This document shows positions 26,201-32,421 of a DNA stretch of 32,421 nucleotides, piece after piece. Source of the DNA: Actinomycetes bacterium (lineage in GTDB: Bacteria > Actinomycetota > Acidimicrobiia > Acidimicrobiales > Palsa-688); the NCBI GenBank assembly GCA_021819345.1, contig JAKARG010000001.1:1-32421 (forward strand), in the 5' to 3' direction. Position 1 is the stretch's first letter; each line of letters starts with the position of its first letter. Both the position numbers and the translations under genes were made by a program. The notes under the pieces were generated by a model. That model saw only the letters and a program-made list of their open reading frames with translations. It did not search any database and had not been told where the DNA came from.

Positions 26201-26989
26201 CCGACCAAGGACGAGATCGTGATGCCGGCCATCGGCTCGGTGAAGACGATCACCCCCGAGCCGGTCTCGGTCCAGACCCTCGGCAGCATCAACTCCTCCA
26301 ACCTGTCGTCGAGCACCCCACCGAGCAGCGAGGTCACCGTCGACTACGCCCCGACGCCGAAGATCAGCTCGGTGAGCGCGGTCGGCAACGCCTACGACGC
26401 CGGCCCGGCTGCCGGCGGTACGCAGCTGGTGATCACCGGCACCGGTTTGGCCTCCGCCGCCTCGGCGGTGTTCTCCGACCTGAGCCCCTCGGAGTTCTCC
26501 TACGCACGGACCACCGCAGTGCAGATCGTGAGCAACGACGAGGTTACCGTCACCACCCCGGCAGCCAACCCGGGCTTCGACGGGGTGCGGATCTGCGACG
26601 CCTCGGGGTGCTCGACCTACACCGCTCCCGGGTCTCCCTTCGCACCGAAGGGGTCCTTCTTCACCTACTTCGCCCCCGGCAATCCCTCCCTCCAGAGCAT
26701 CAAGCCCTGGAGCGGCCCGGCTTCTGGTGGCACCGAGGTGACCCTTACCGGCTACAACCTCGGCTTCGCCGACGAAGTGCTGTTCGGTACCGAAGCGGTG
26801 AGCGCGGAGATCGTGCCGGCGATCCTGGACGAGGGCAGCACCACCACGGTGACGGTCAAGGCTCCGAAGGGCCCGGCGGGCACGAGCGTGCCAGTGCGGA
26901 TAGTGACCCTTGCCTCGCTGGTGGACGGGTCGGGGCCGAGCCCGGTGAGCCACTACATCGACTTCACCTGGCACCGGAGCGCCAGCTGA
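23246..26989 (+). CDS. Secreted sedolisin/kumamolisin-like serine-carboxyl peptidase (S53) with pro-kumamolisin activation domain and about five C-terminal IPT/TIG-like repeats
   Basis: Lies in track ORF 22976..26989. ATG 23246 is preceded by AGGGAGG. The signal peptide is LSTCVAAAALFVGSLGAGVAGAAVAGAAP. The prodomain has ASYHHYLAPGQFRARFGP. Catalytic motifs are GEAELDVED, SWG, AAGDDGS and GGTSSATPLWASM (Ser codon 24950..24952). Repeated about 90-aa segments have the form P.(V/I)T.(L/V)SP...G.T.VT(I/L)TG.GF. Confidence 0.9.
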   Translation: MVQESAREGWSLLSKRARRGPGRLSTCVAAAALFVGSLGAGVAGAAVAGAAPLAVHPKLVKVAAAPRAPEGARELGRVRGSQVIHGAIALQPSDPAGLAAFAAAVSKPGSASYHHYLAPGQFRARFGPAAETIAAVRASLRSAGVSVTSVSSNGLLVDFSGRSSQVAAAFHTRFERFGLTGGRSGYAAVTPISLPSTVASSVASVVGLSDLYHPAPVSLYLHGPARGGPGHRRAKAARASSVPVAGGPAACPAATKAANEYGGLTDTQIAYSYGMDPLLKAGYDGTGQTIAVYELEPFDPSDIMAFDTCYFGSAAATAMMSRLSVVPVDGGQQIGYGSGEAELDVEDVSAMAPGANIDVYEAPNTTFGALDEYNAIVSSDTAKVVTTSWGLCEAAIETGEPGIQEVENTIFEQAAAQGQSIFAAAGDDGSNDCGNHATSPVAPVLSVDDPGSQPYVTSVGGLTIDTATQPPQETVWNDGPQWGAGGGGISSTWAQPAWQSTSVPGVDDQSVIAAAEKLAGNDFCLSSGALAATATACREVPDVSAQADEFTGAITIYYQGQWITIGGTSSATPLWASMLTDIDSTPSCQANGGVGFANPALYSIASIPAEYAASFTNVTTGNNDLFALPGDLYPATSGYNMASGLGSPQVTAPGGGNGLAYYLCAAPAIARPTVTGLSPTVVTSSATTAVTVTGTGFESASGAPQVAGVQVGSLGLPASAVSVSSPTTLVVQVPGAALQHAGDPSAPTTSTGAGIYDVSVTLDGGETSAPGASSRLVLDPSSTTVTTSTASASAGPVVVGTGPAGGNEAGGGTVTVYGVGFSGATQVTFGGVAGSAPVVNSSGTELTTTVPAYGPSTTCLTGDNPTDDVCQVQVQVTTPAGTSATSQILPEYAGAYAFNAQGVFVPPAGTEVSPAPTEYDYFPTPTLTSATSTSLSASGADFVNSNGGTVETLTGTGLGALAVEWYDVGAPNQYTSFSASPVYISPTKDEIVMPAIGSVKTITPEPVSVQTLGSINSSNLSSSTPPSSEVTVDYAPTPKISSVSAVGNAYDAGPAAGGTQLVITGTGLASAASAVFSDLSPSEFSYARTTAVQIVSNDEVTVTTPAANPGFDGVRICDASGCSTYTAPGSPFAPKGSFFTYFAPGNPSLQSIKPWSGPASGGTEVTLTGYNLGFADEVLFGTEAVSAEIVPAILDEGSTTTVTVKAPKGPAGTSVPVRIVTLASLVDGSGPSPVSHYIDFTWHRSAS

Positions 26990-27024
26990 GGCCGTAGCCA
27001 GCGCCAGCAGCTGCAGGGGTGAGC

Positions 27025-27064
27025 CCACCCCGGGTGCCCGGGTCTCCGCCGGCGCCCGGGGTGG
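27025..27064 (+). terminator. Candidate stem-loop after the S53 gene
   Basis: CCACCCCGGG (27025..27034) and CCCGGGGTGG (27055..27064) are perfect reverse complements around a 20-nt GC-rich loop, 36 nt after the stop. There is no T-tract. Confidence 0.3.
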
Positions 27065-27146
27065 GGGGTGGCGGGTGATGGCTCTTGTGCGAATCGGTGG
27101 TCGCCTAGCTCGCTTCGAAGCGCACGATCTCACCCCCTAGCTGGCA

Positions 27147-27359
27147 ATGCTCGTGGTCGAGCGTGGTGCCCGGATGGAGGCGGCGGTCAGTGCGATGAGA
27201 GCGCTGGCTGCGGTGCGGATGTCCGAGGCGGGCAGCTGGAAGCAGGAAGGTTGCCGATCCCCGGCGGAGCAGCTCGGCCGCAGGGCTCGGATGAGCCCGA
27301 GCGCAGCTCGCCGGACGCTCGAGACGGGGAGGCGGCTCTCGGCCCAGCCCGAGGCGGCT
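27147..27359 (+). pseudogene. Remnant of a DUF222/HNH-endonuclease (REP13E12-like) gene, about 70 codons of the N-terminal region only
   Basis: The translation ...EAAVSAMRALAAVRMSEAGSWKQEGCRSPAEQLGRRARMSPSAARRTLETGRRLSAQPEAAQA fits the remembered DUF222 pattern (W..eG.rS.a.wL......s...Ar......a.rL...P). The frame is closed upstream by stops and runs into the 3' end of the opposing gene at 27359. No HNH part is present. Confidence 0.4.
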
Positions 27360-28072
27360 CAGGCAACGCCTTGCAGAGGAGCGAGGCGCTCGCCGTCGGG
27401 CGAGAGTACCCCGAGACCGGACTCCCTCGCTGCGTCGACGCTGCCGTTGTAGACCCTGAGGCCGTACACGTAGCCGACGTGCGTGTCGTCGATCCCGAGA
27501 CGGGCGACGAGGGACGGGTAGGAGGCAGCGAAGCGCCTGACATCGGCCGGGCGCAGCCTCGTCTTGGCCTCCACCAGGGCGACGAGCGGAGCGCCGGCTG
27601 GGTCGGTCGCGCGAGCCATGACGTCGATCTCACCGTCGATCTCGACCGCCTCCGGCTCTGCCTCGAGACGGTACCCCTTGGCTTCGAGCACGGTCTGGAC
27701 CACCGAGACGGCGTCCTCTTCGACGGTGCCTCCCACGATGGCCGAGAGCCGCCCTACCTCGGTCCGCAGCCCGTCGATCTGGCGGGAGTGCTCCGCAACG
27801 GCCTCCCACAGTCTGGCGATCTGGCGGGAGTTGTCGGCAACCGCCTCTCGCAGCCCGTCGATCTGGCGGGAGTGCTCCGCAACGGCCTCCCACAGTCTGG
27901 CGATCTGGCGGGAGTTGTCGGCAACCGCCTCTCGCAGCCCGTCGATCTGGCGGGAGTTGTCGGCGACCAGGGCGGGCAGAGAGAGCACCTCTTCGCCGAG
28001 GAGGACGGCGCGAAGCTGGGCACGCAAGGCGGGATCACTCTCCATCTGGCGAATGATCCCAAGTGTGTCCAT
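27359..28072 (-). CDS. Coiled-coil protein with 42/84-bp DNA repeats and a C-terminal PD-(D/E)XK-like domain (paralog B)
   Basis: The N-terminal motif DPALRAQLRAVLLGEEVLSLPALVADN matches gene A. It has five 14-aa repeats (ADNSRQIDGLREAV / ADNSRQIARLWEAV / AEHSRQIDGLREAV ...). The nuclease-fold-like core is GEIDVMARA...LVALVEAKTRLRPADVRRF, i.e. D ... E.K. Confidence 0.8.
   Translation of the reverse strand: MDTLGIIRQMESDPALRAQLRAVLLGEEVLSLPALVADNSRQIDGLREAVADNSRQIARLWEAVAEHSRQIDGLREAVADNSRQIARLWEAVAEHSRQIDGLRTEVGRLSAIVGGTVEEDAVSVVQTVLEAKGYRLEAEPEAVEIDGEIDVMARATDPAGAPLVALVEAKTRLRPADVRRFAASYPSLVARLGIDDTHVGYVYGLRVYNGSVDAARESGLGVLSPDGERLAPLQGVA
27765..27968. repeat. Perfect 84-bp tandem duplication plus a partial third unit, with 42-bp sub-periodicity, inside gene B
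   Basis: 27765..27848 and 27849..27932 are base-for-base identical by my alignment. 27933..27968 restarts the unit and then switches to the second 42-bp half. The unit is 28 codons, so it stays in frame. Confidence 0.9.
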
Positions 28073-28131
28073 GGCATCTCAGCCTACCAGGTGCTCCGGG
28101 CCAGGGGCAAGGCTTTACCGCGCCTAGGTCC

Positions 28132-28195
28132 GTGGCCCACCAGGTCGTGGCCCATCAGGAGGTCGGCGGTCCACCAGGTCGTGGCCCACCAGTTC
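28132..28195. repeat. Four tandem 15-18-bp repeats between the MocR stop and the gene B start
   Basis: Units are GTGGCCCACCAGGTC (28132..28146), GTGGCCCATCAGGAGGTC (28147..28164), GGCGGTCCACCAGGTC (28165..28180) and GTGGCCCACCAGTTC (28181..28195). Confidence 0.75.
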
Positions 28196-29543
28196 AGCGG
28201 GTGACCCGGCGCAGGGGGGGCGCCGCAGCGGAGGCCACTGCGTCGGCGAGGGCGGGGACCTCCCCGGTCAGGCGCCCGACGGTGAGGCGCAGGTGCGGGG
28301 TAGTCGGGGGGGCCAAGCCGAAGACCGATCCACGAGCGGCACCGATCCCGGCCGCGAGGAGGGTTGCGAGGGCTCGGTCCTCGTCGGCGACCTCGACCCA
28401 CAGGTTGATCCCGTCGTCGCCGGTGGTGCGCACTCCGCGGGTGGAGAGCGCCCGGATCGCAGCTCGCCGGCGCCGGGCGTAGGTCGCCCGGGCGGCGCGC
28501 ACCGCGGCGACTGCGCTCGGGTCGGTGAGCAGGTCGGCGAGGACGTGCTGGAGGAGGCGGCTGGACCAGCCGGCGCCGAGCAGCCGGCGCTCGCTGAGGG
28601 CGTTCACCACCCGGGCCGGACCGCCCACTGCGGCGAGTCGCAGGTCGGGGCCGTGGCTCTTGGAGAAACTGGAGATGTGCACCGTCGCCCCCGGCCTCCA
28701 GCGCCCGAGGCTCACCAGCTCCGAGGTGGCGATGTCGCCGGAGTGGTCGTCTTCCACCACCAGCAGGTCGCTCCCGCCGAGCAGCCGGGCGAGCTCTTCG
28801 GCGCGCGGCGCTCGCATGCTGACCCCGGTCGGGTTCTGCGCCCGGGGCTGGACCCACATCGCCACCGCGCCTCCCTCGAGCGCCTGCTTCAGCGACTCGG
28901 GCCTGACGCCCTCCCCGTCGAGCTCCAGGCCCACGACTTCTGCACCGGCGGCGTCGAGTAAGTCGAGCAGCGGGGGGTAGCCCGGGTCCTCGACGAGCAC
29001 CCGGCTGCCCCGGCGCACCACCAGGCTCACCAGGCGATCGAGGGCGTCGCCGGCGCCGTCGACCACGGTGATCGATTCGGGGGGGAAAGGCCACCTCTTG
29101 CGTAACACTCGCTCCAACCGGGGCAGGACGGCGTCGGACTGGTAGCCGTCGGGGAGCTCCACCCGGCCCGCCCTGGACAGCGCCGGAGCGAGGTCCGGCA
29201 GGAGGGCGGGATCTGGTCCCCCCGTCGACAGGTCGAGGTTCACCGGTGCCCCGAGAGCCGCGATCCTTCGGGGCCAGGGGTGGGTCGCGCTGCAGGCAGG
29301 GTCGAGCACCACGGTCCCGGCCCTGCCCCGGGTGGAGATGAGTCCGTCGGCGGCGAGGACTTTCCATGCACCACTGACCGTCATCGGGCTCACTCCGAGC
29401 ACCTCGGCGAGGGAGCGCACCGGGGGGAGCCGTGCTCCGGGCCCAAGGGTGCTGTCGCCGACCAGGCGGCCGACCGCGCGGGCGATCCCGGCCGCCGTAC
29501 GGTCCTCGATCTGCGCGCCGAGCTCCTCGGCCGAGAGAGTCAC
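28194..29543 (-). CDS. MocR/GabR-type regulator (GntR-family HTH fused to a class I aminotransferase-like PLP domain)
   Basis: GTG 29543. The HTH is PPVRSLAEVLGVSPMTVSGAWKVLAADGLISTRGRAGTVV. The aminotransferase-fold part carries the PLP-lysine motif SSFSKSHGPDLRLA. Confidence 0.88.
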   Translation of the reverse strand: MTLSAEELGAQIEDRTAAGIARAVGRLVGDSTLGPGARLPPVRSLAEVLGVSPMTVSGAWKVLAADGLISTRGRAGTVVLDPACSATHPWPRRIAALGAPVNLDLSTGGPDPALLPDLAPALSRAGRVELPDGYQSDAVLPRLERVLRKRWPFPPESITVVDGAGDALDRLVSLVVRRGSRVLVEDPGYPPLLDLLDAAGAEVVGLELDGEGVRPESLKQALEGGAVAMWVQPRAQNPTGVSMRAPRAEELARLLGGSDLLVVEDDHSGDIATSELVSLGRWRPGATVHISSFSKSHGPDLRLAAVGGPARVVNALSERRLLGAGWSSRLLQHVLADLLTDPSAVAAVRAARATYARRRRAAIRALSTRGVRTTGDDGINLWVEVADEDRALATLLAAGIGAARGSVFGLAPPTTPHLRLTVGRLTGEVPALADAVASAAAPPLRRVTR

Positions 29544-29544
29544 T

Positions 29545-29609
29545 TTTTGTACAATAACAAAATAGCGTAACCTCTGGACAGATCTGCGCAGGCGGGGTAG
29601 CCTGCGCAG
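29545..29609. promoter_or_regulatory. Operator-like elements in the MocR / mmsA divergent region
   Basis: An AT-rich inverted repeat TTTTGT-ACAATA-ACAAAA lies at 29545..29562. Two copies of the self-palindromic octamer CTGCGCAG lie at 29584..29591 and 29602..29609, 18 bp apart. The RBS GGAGGAGGAG precedes ATG 29630. Confidence 0.35.
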
Positions 29610-29629
29610 CGGGTGGAGGAGGAGCGCTC

Positions 29630-31180
29630 ATGAAGCAGATCGGGCACTGGATCGACGGGAAGGCCTTTGCCGGCGGCGTCGCAGCCGGCGGGGTCGGGGT
29701 CGGCACGCTTGGCGCTCCCGGCGGGGAGGGAGCCGGCGGGGCACAGCGGTTCGGCCCGGTCTGGGACCCGGCGACGGGCGCCCAGCAGGCCGAGGTCGCC
29801 TTCGCCACCCGAGAGGAGGTCGACCTGGCGCTGTCGGGGGCGCGCGCCGCATTCCCCGAATGGCGGGCGACGTCGCTGTCGAGGAGGGCAGAGATCCTCT
29901 TCGCATTCCGGGAGCTGCTGCACTCCCGCCGCCAGGAGGTGGCCGCCCTCGTCACCGCCGAGCACGGCAAGACCCTCTCCGACGCCCTGGGCGAGGTGGC
30001 GAGGGGCCTGGAGAACGTGGAGTTCGCCTGCGGGATCCCGCACCTGTTGAAAGGCGAGCTGTCCGAGCAGGTCTCGACCGGGGTCGACGTGTTCTCGATC
30101 CGCCAGCCACTGGGGGTCGTGGTGGGGATCACCCCGTTCAACTTCCCGGTGATGGTGCCTTTGTGGATGCTCTCCAACGCAATCGCGTGTGGCAACACTT
30201 TCGTGCTCAAGCCCTCGGAGAAGGACCCCTCGGCGTCGCTCTGGCTCGCCGAGACCCTGGGCGAGGCCGGGCTGCCGCCCGGGGTGCTGCAGGTTGTCCA
30301 GGGCGACCGTGAGGCGGTGGGCGCACTGCTCGGGTCGCCGGAGGTCGCGGCGGTGTCATTCGTCGGATCGACGACCATCGCCCGGTCGATCTACGAGACG
30401 GCCACTCGCGCCGGCAAGCGGGTCCAGGCCCTCGGGGGAGCGAAGAACCACATGGTCGTCCTCCCCGACGCCGACGTCGACCTCGCCGCCGACGCCGCGG
30501 TGTCGGCGGGTTTCGGCTCGGCGGGGGAGCGCTGCATGGCGGTGTCGGTGGTGGTCGCGGTCGGATCGGTGGCCGACTCACTCGTGGCGGCGATCGCCGC
30601 ACGCCTTCCACGTCTTGCGGTCGGTCCCGGCACCGACCCCCGCTCCGAGATGGGGCCCCTCGTCACCGCGGAGCACCGCGACAAGGTTGCTTCCTACCTC
30701 GACTCCGGGCGGGCGGCGGGCGCAGAGGTGGTCGTCGACGGTCGGCTCCACGACGTTCCCGCCGGCGGCTTCTACCTCGGCCCGAGCCTGCTCGACCGGG
30801 TCGAGCCGGGGATGGACGTCTACCGCGACGAGATCTTCGGGCCGGTGCTCTGCGTCGTGCGGGTCGAAAGCTTCGAGGAAGCGGTCCGCCTCGTCGACGA
30901 GAACCCCTACGGCAACGGGACCGCCATCTTCACCCGCGACGGCGGCGCAGCCCGGCGCTTCCAGTTCGAGTGCCAGGTGGGCATGGTCGGGGTCAACGTC
31001 CCGATCCCGGTCCCGGTCGCCTCCTACAGCTTCGGGGGGTGGAAGGACTCGCTGTTCGGCGACACCCACATGTACGGCCCCGACGGTGTGCGCTTCTACA
31101 CCCGTACCAAGGTCGTGACCGCCCGCTGGCCCGACCCCTCCACCTCCTCGGTGGACCTCGGCTTCCCGGTCACCCGGTAG
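29630..31180 (+). CDS. mmsA: CoA-acylating methylmalonate-semialdehyde dehydrogenase
   Basis: An ALDH fold with MmsA-specific features: FNFPVMVPLWM..AIACGNTFVLKPSEKDP, ALGGAKNHMVV in place of the general-base Glu motif, and the catalytic Cys in GERCMA. Confidence 0.9.
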   Translation: MKQIGHWIDGKAFAGGVAAGGVGVGTLGAPGGEGAGGAQRFGPVWDPATGAQQAEVAFATREEVDLALSGARAAFPEWRATSLSRRAEILFAFRELLHSRRQEVAALVTAEHGKTLSDALGEVARGLENVEFACGIPHLLKGELSEQVSTGVDVFSIRQPLGVVVGITPFNFPVMVPLWMLSNAIACGNTFVLKPSEKDPSASLWLAETLGEAGLPPGVLQVVQGDREAVGALLGSPEVAAVSFVGSTTIARSIYETATRAGKRVQALGGAKNHMVVLPDADVDLAADAAVSAGFGSAGERCMAVSVVVAVGSVADSLVAAIAARLPRLAVGPGTDPRSEMGPLVTAEHRDKVASYLDSGRAAGAEVVVDGRLHDVPAGGFYLGPSLLDRVEPGMDVYRDEIFGPVLCVVRVESFEEAVRLVDENPYGNGTAIFTRDGGAARRFQFECQVGMVGVNVPIPVPVASYSFGGWKDSLFGDTHMYGPDGVRFYTRTKVVTARWPDPSTSSVDLGFPVTR

Positions 31181-31246
31181 ACCGCCGACCACCACCCACC
31201 GACCGCCGCCCACTAACCGCCGCCCGCGCCACCACCAGGAGCAACC

Positions 31247-32421
31247 GTGACCACCACCGAGACCGACGCCGAGACGGGGATCGACCCCGAGCCCGCCCGG
31301 GCGGCCCGCGAGGACGACCGCAACCACGTGTTCCACTCCTGGTCCGCGCAACGTGGCCGAGACCCACTGGTGGTCGCCGAAGCCGAGGGGTCCTGGTTCA
31401 CCGACATGGGGGGACGGCGCTACCTCGACCTCGCCAGCCAGCTCGTGTTCACCAACATCGGCCACCAGCACCCCCGGGTGGTCGCGGCGATCAAGGAGCA
31501 GGCCGACCGGCTCTGCACCCTCGCACCCGCGTTCGCGAACGACAAGCGCGGCGAGGCGGCCCGCCTGATAGCGGAGCACGCACCGGGAGACCTCGACCGG
31601 GTGTTCTTCACGAGCGGCGGTGCCGAGGCCAACGAGAACGCGATCCGCATGGCCCGCCTGCACACCGGTCGCCACAAGATCCTCACCGCCTACCGCTCCT
31701 ACCACGGGGCCACCGGCGGGGCGATCACCCTGACCGGCGACCCGCGTCGCTGGCCCTCGGAGCCGGGGATGCCGGGGGTGGTCCGGTTCTTCGGCCCCTA
31801 CCCTTACCGGTCGGCGTTCGGGGCGACGAGCGAGGCCGAGGAGCGCGATCGGGCGCTCGCCCACTTGGAGGAGGTGGTCACCCTCGAGGGCCCGCACACC
31901 ATCGCCGCGGTGCTCGTCGAGCCGGTGGTGGGGACCAACGGGATCCTCGTCCCCCCGCCGGGTTACCTGGCCGGGGTCCGCGAATGCTGTGACCGCCACG
32001 GCATCGTAATGATCGCAGACGAGGTGATGGCCGGCTTCGGGCGCTGTGGCGAGTGGTTCGCCGTCGAGCACTGGGGGGTGGTCCCCGACCTGGTCACCTT
32101 CGCCAAGGGGGTCAACTCCGGCTACGTGCCCCTCGGCGGTGTGGTGCTCTCCCCCGAGATCGCAGAGACCTTCGCCGAGCGTCCCTACCCGGGCGGTCTC
32201 ACCTACTCCGGCCACCCGCTGGCCTGCGCGGCTGCGGTCGCCTGCATCCGGGTGATGGAGGACGAGGGCCTCGTGGAGCGGGCCCGTGACCTCGGTGACC
32301 GGGTCCTCGGACCGGGCCTGCGTGCGCTCGCCGATCGGCATCCGAGCGTTGGGGAGGTCAGGGGGCTCGGCTGCTTCTGGGCGCTCGAGCTCGTCGCCGA
32401 CCGGGAGACCCACCGGCCACT
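31247..32421 (+). CDS. Class III (omega-amino acid:pyruvate type) PLP aminotransferase; 3' end cut by window edge
   Basis: Not in the ORF track because no stop lies in the window. GTG 31247 follows AGGAG. My translation reads VTTTETDAETGIDPEPARAAREDDRNHVFHSWSAQRGRDPLVVAEAEGSWFTDMGGRRYLDLASQLVFTNIGHQHPRVVAAIKEQADRL...FFTSGGAEANENAIRMAR and stays open to the edge. Confidence 0.85.
   Translation, partial: MTTTETDAETGIDPEPARAAREDDRNHVFHSWSAQRGRDPLVVAEAEGSWFTDMGGRRYLDLASQLVFTNIGHQHPRVVAAIKEQADRLCTLAPAFANDKRGEAARLIAEHAPGDLDRVFFTSGGAEANENAIRMARLHTGRHKILTAYRSYHGATGGAITLTGDPRRWPSEPGMPGVVRFFGPYPYRSAFGATSEAEERDRALAHLEEVVTLEGPHTIAAVLVEPVVGTNGILVPPPGYLAGVRECCDRHGIVMIADEVMAGFGRCGEWFAVEHWGVVPDLVTFAKGVNSGYVPLGGVVLSPEIAETFAERPYPGGLTYSGHPLACAAAVACIRVMEDEGLVERARDLGDRVLGPGLRALADRHPSVGEVRGLGCFWALELVADRETHRP

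Noticed and set aside
24965-27133. 722-aa minus-strand ORF opposite the S53 peptidase tail
   Set aside because: It has Arg/Gly-rich low-complexity composition and is antisense to a frame with recognisable IPT/TIG repeats. I judged it a shadow ORF.
13188-28072. Interpreting the block between the two paralogs as a mobile genomic island
   Set aside because: I found no integrase, transposase, tRNA attachment site or flanking nucleotide-level direct or inverted repeats. By hand count, GC inside the block looks like its right-hand neighbourhood. I report only the bracketing itself and the adjacent DUF222 scar.
27765-28195. Tandem repeats (84/42-bp array and 15-18-bp array) considered as a possible CRISPR array
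   Set aside because: The units are contiguous with no unique spacers. The first array is in frame inside a clearly coding coiled-coil gene. No cas genes or leader are present.
28084-30378. 764-aa minus-strand ORF spanning MocR, the intergenic region and the mmsA 5' end
   Set aside because: It is out of frame with the MocR gene and antisense to mmsA, crosses an obvious promoter region, and is Pro/Arg/Gly-rich.
30578-32413. 611-aa minus-strand ORF across the mmsA 3' end and the aminotransferase gene
   Set aside because: It is a Gly/Arg/Pro/Val-rich shadow ORF antisense to two genes with clear family motifs. I recognised no domain motifs. This is typical of high-GC DNA.

Overview
High-GC, gene-dense actinobacterial-type chromosomal window. 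I recognised no rRNA, tRNA, CRISPR array, integrase or transposase. 1-10.96 kb is a Dpp/Opp-type ABC uptake and catabolism locus split into two divergent operons. The minus operon has a lipoprotein SBP, two permeases and a second paralogous SBP that runs off the left edge and is absent from the ORF track. The plus operon has an XRE-cupin regulator, a fused double ATPase, a small cupin, an N,N-dimethylformamidase-beta-like protein and an arginase/agmatinase-family ureohydrolase, chained by overlapping stop/start codons. 11-13 kb holds a P-loop kinase-like protein and a PadR regulator with an apparently frameshifted membrane partner. 13.2-28.1 kb is a block bracketed by two inward-facing paralogous genes that encode repeat-built coiled coils fused to PD-(D/E)XK-like domains. 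Inside the block are an MBL-fold hydrolase, an apparently frameshifted BNR/Asp-box propeller, a ~1016-aa BcsA-like processive GT2 synthase fused to a degenerate EAL domain, and a divergent GH18 enzyme with two CBM5/12 modules. The block also holds a divergent pair of secreted acid-protease-family enzymes (G1 eqolisin and S53 sedolisin, each with a long beta-sandwich repeat tail) and a DUF222/HNH gene remnant. 28.2-32.4 kb holds a MocR-type regulator divergent from mmsA and a class III aminotransferase that runs off the right edge and is also absent from the ORF track. The best candidate for something new is the GT2-EAL synthase, where a likely c-di-GMP receptor domain sits where BcsA carries PilZ, together with its GH18/CBM partner. 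The second candidate is the pair of coiled-coil nuclease-fold paralogs, whose in-frame DNA repeats could vary in copy number, bracketing the block. Most long track ORFs lying antisense or out of frame to these genes are high-GC shadow ORFs.
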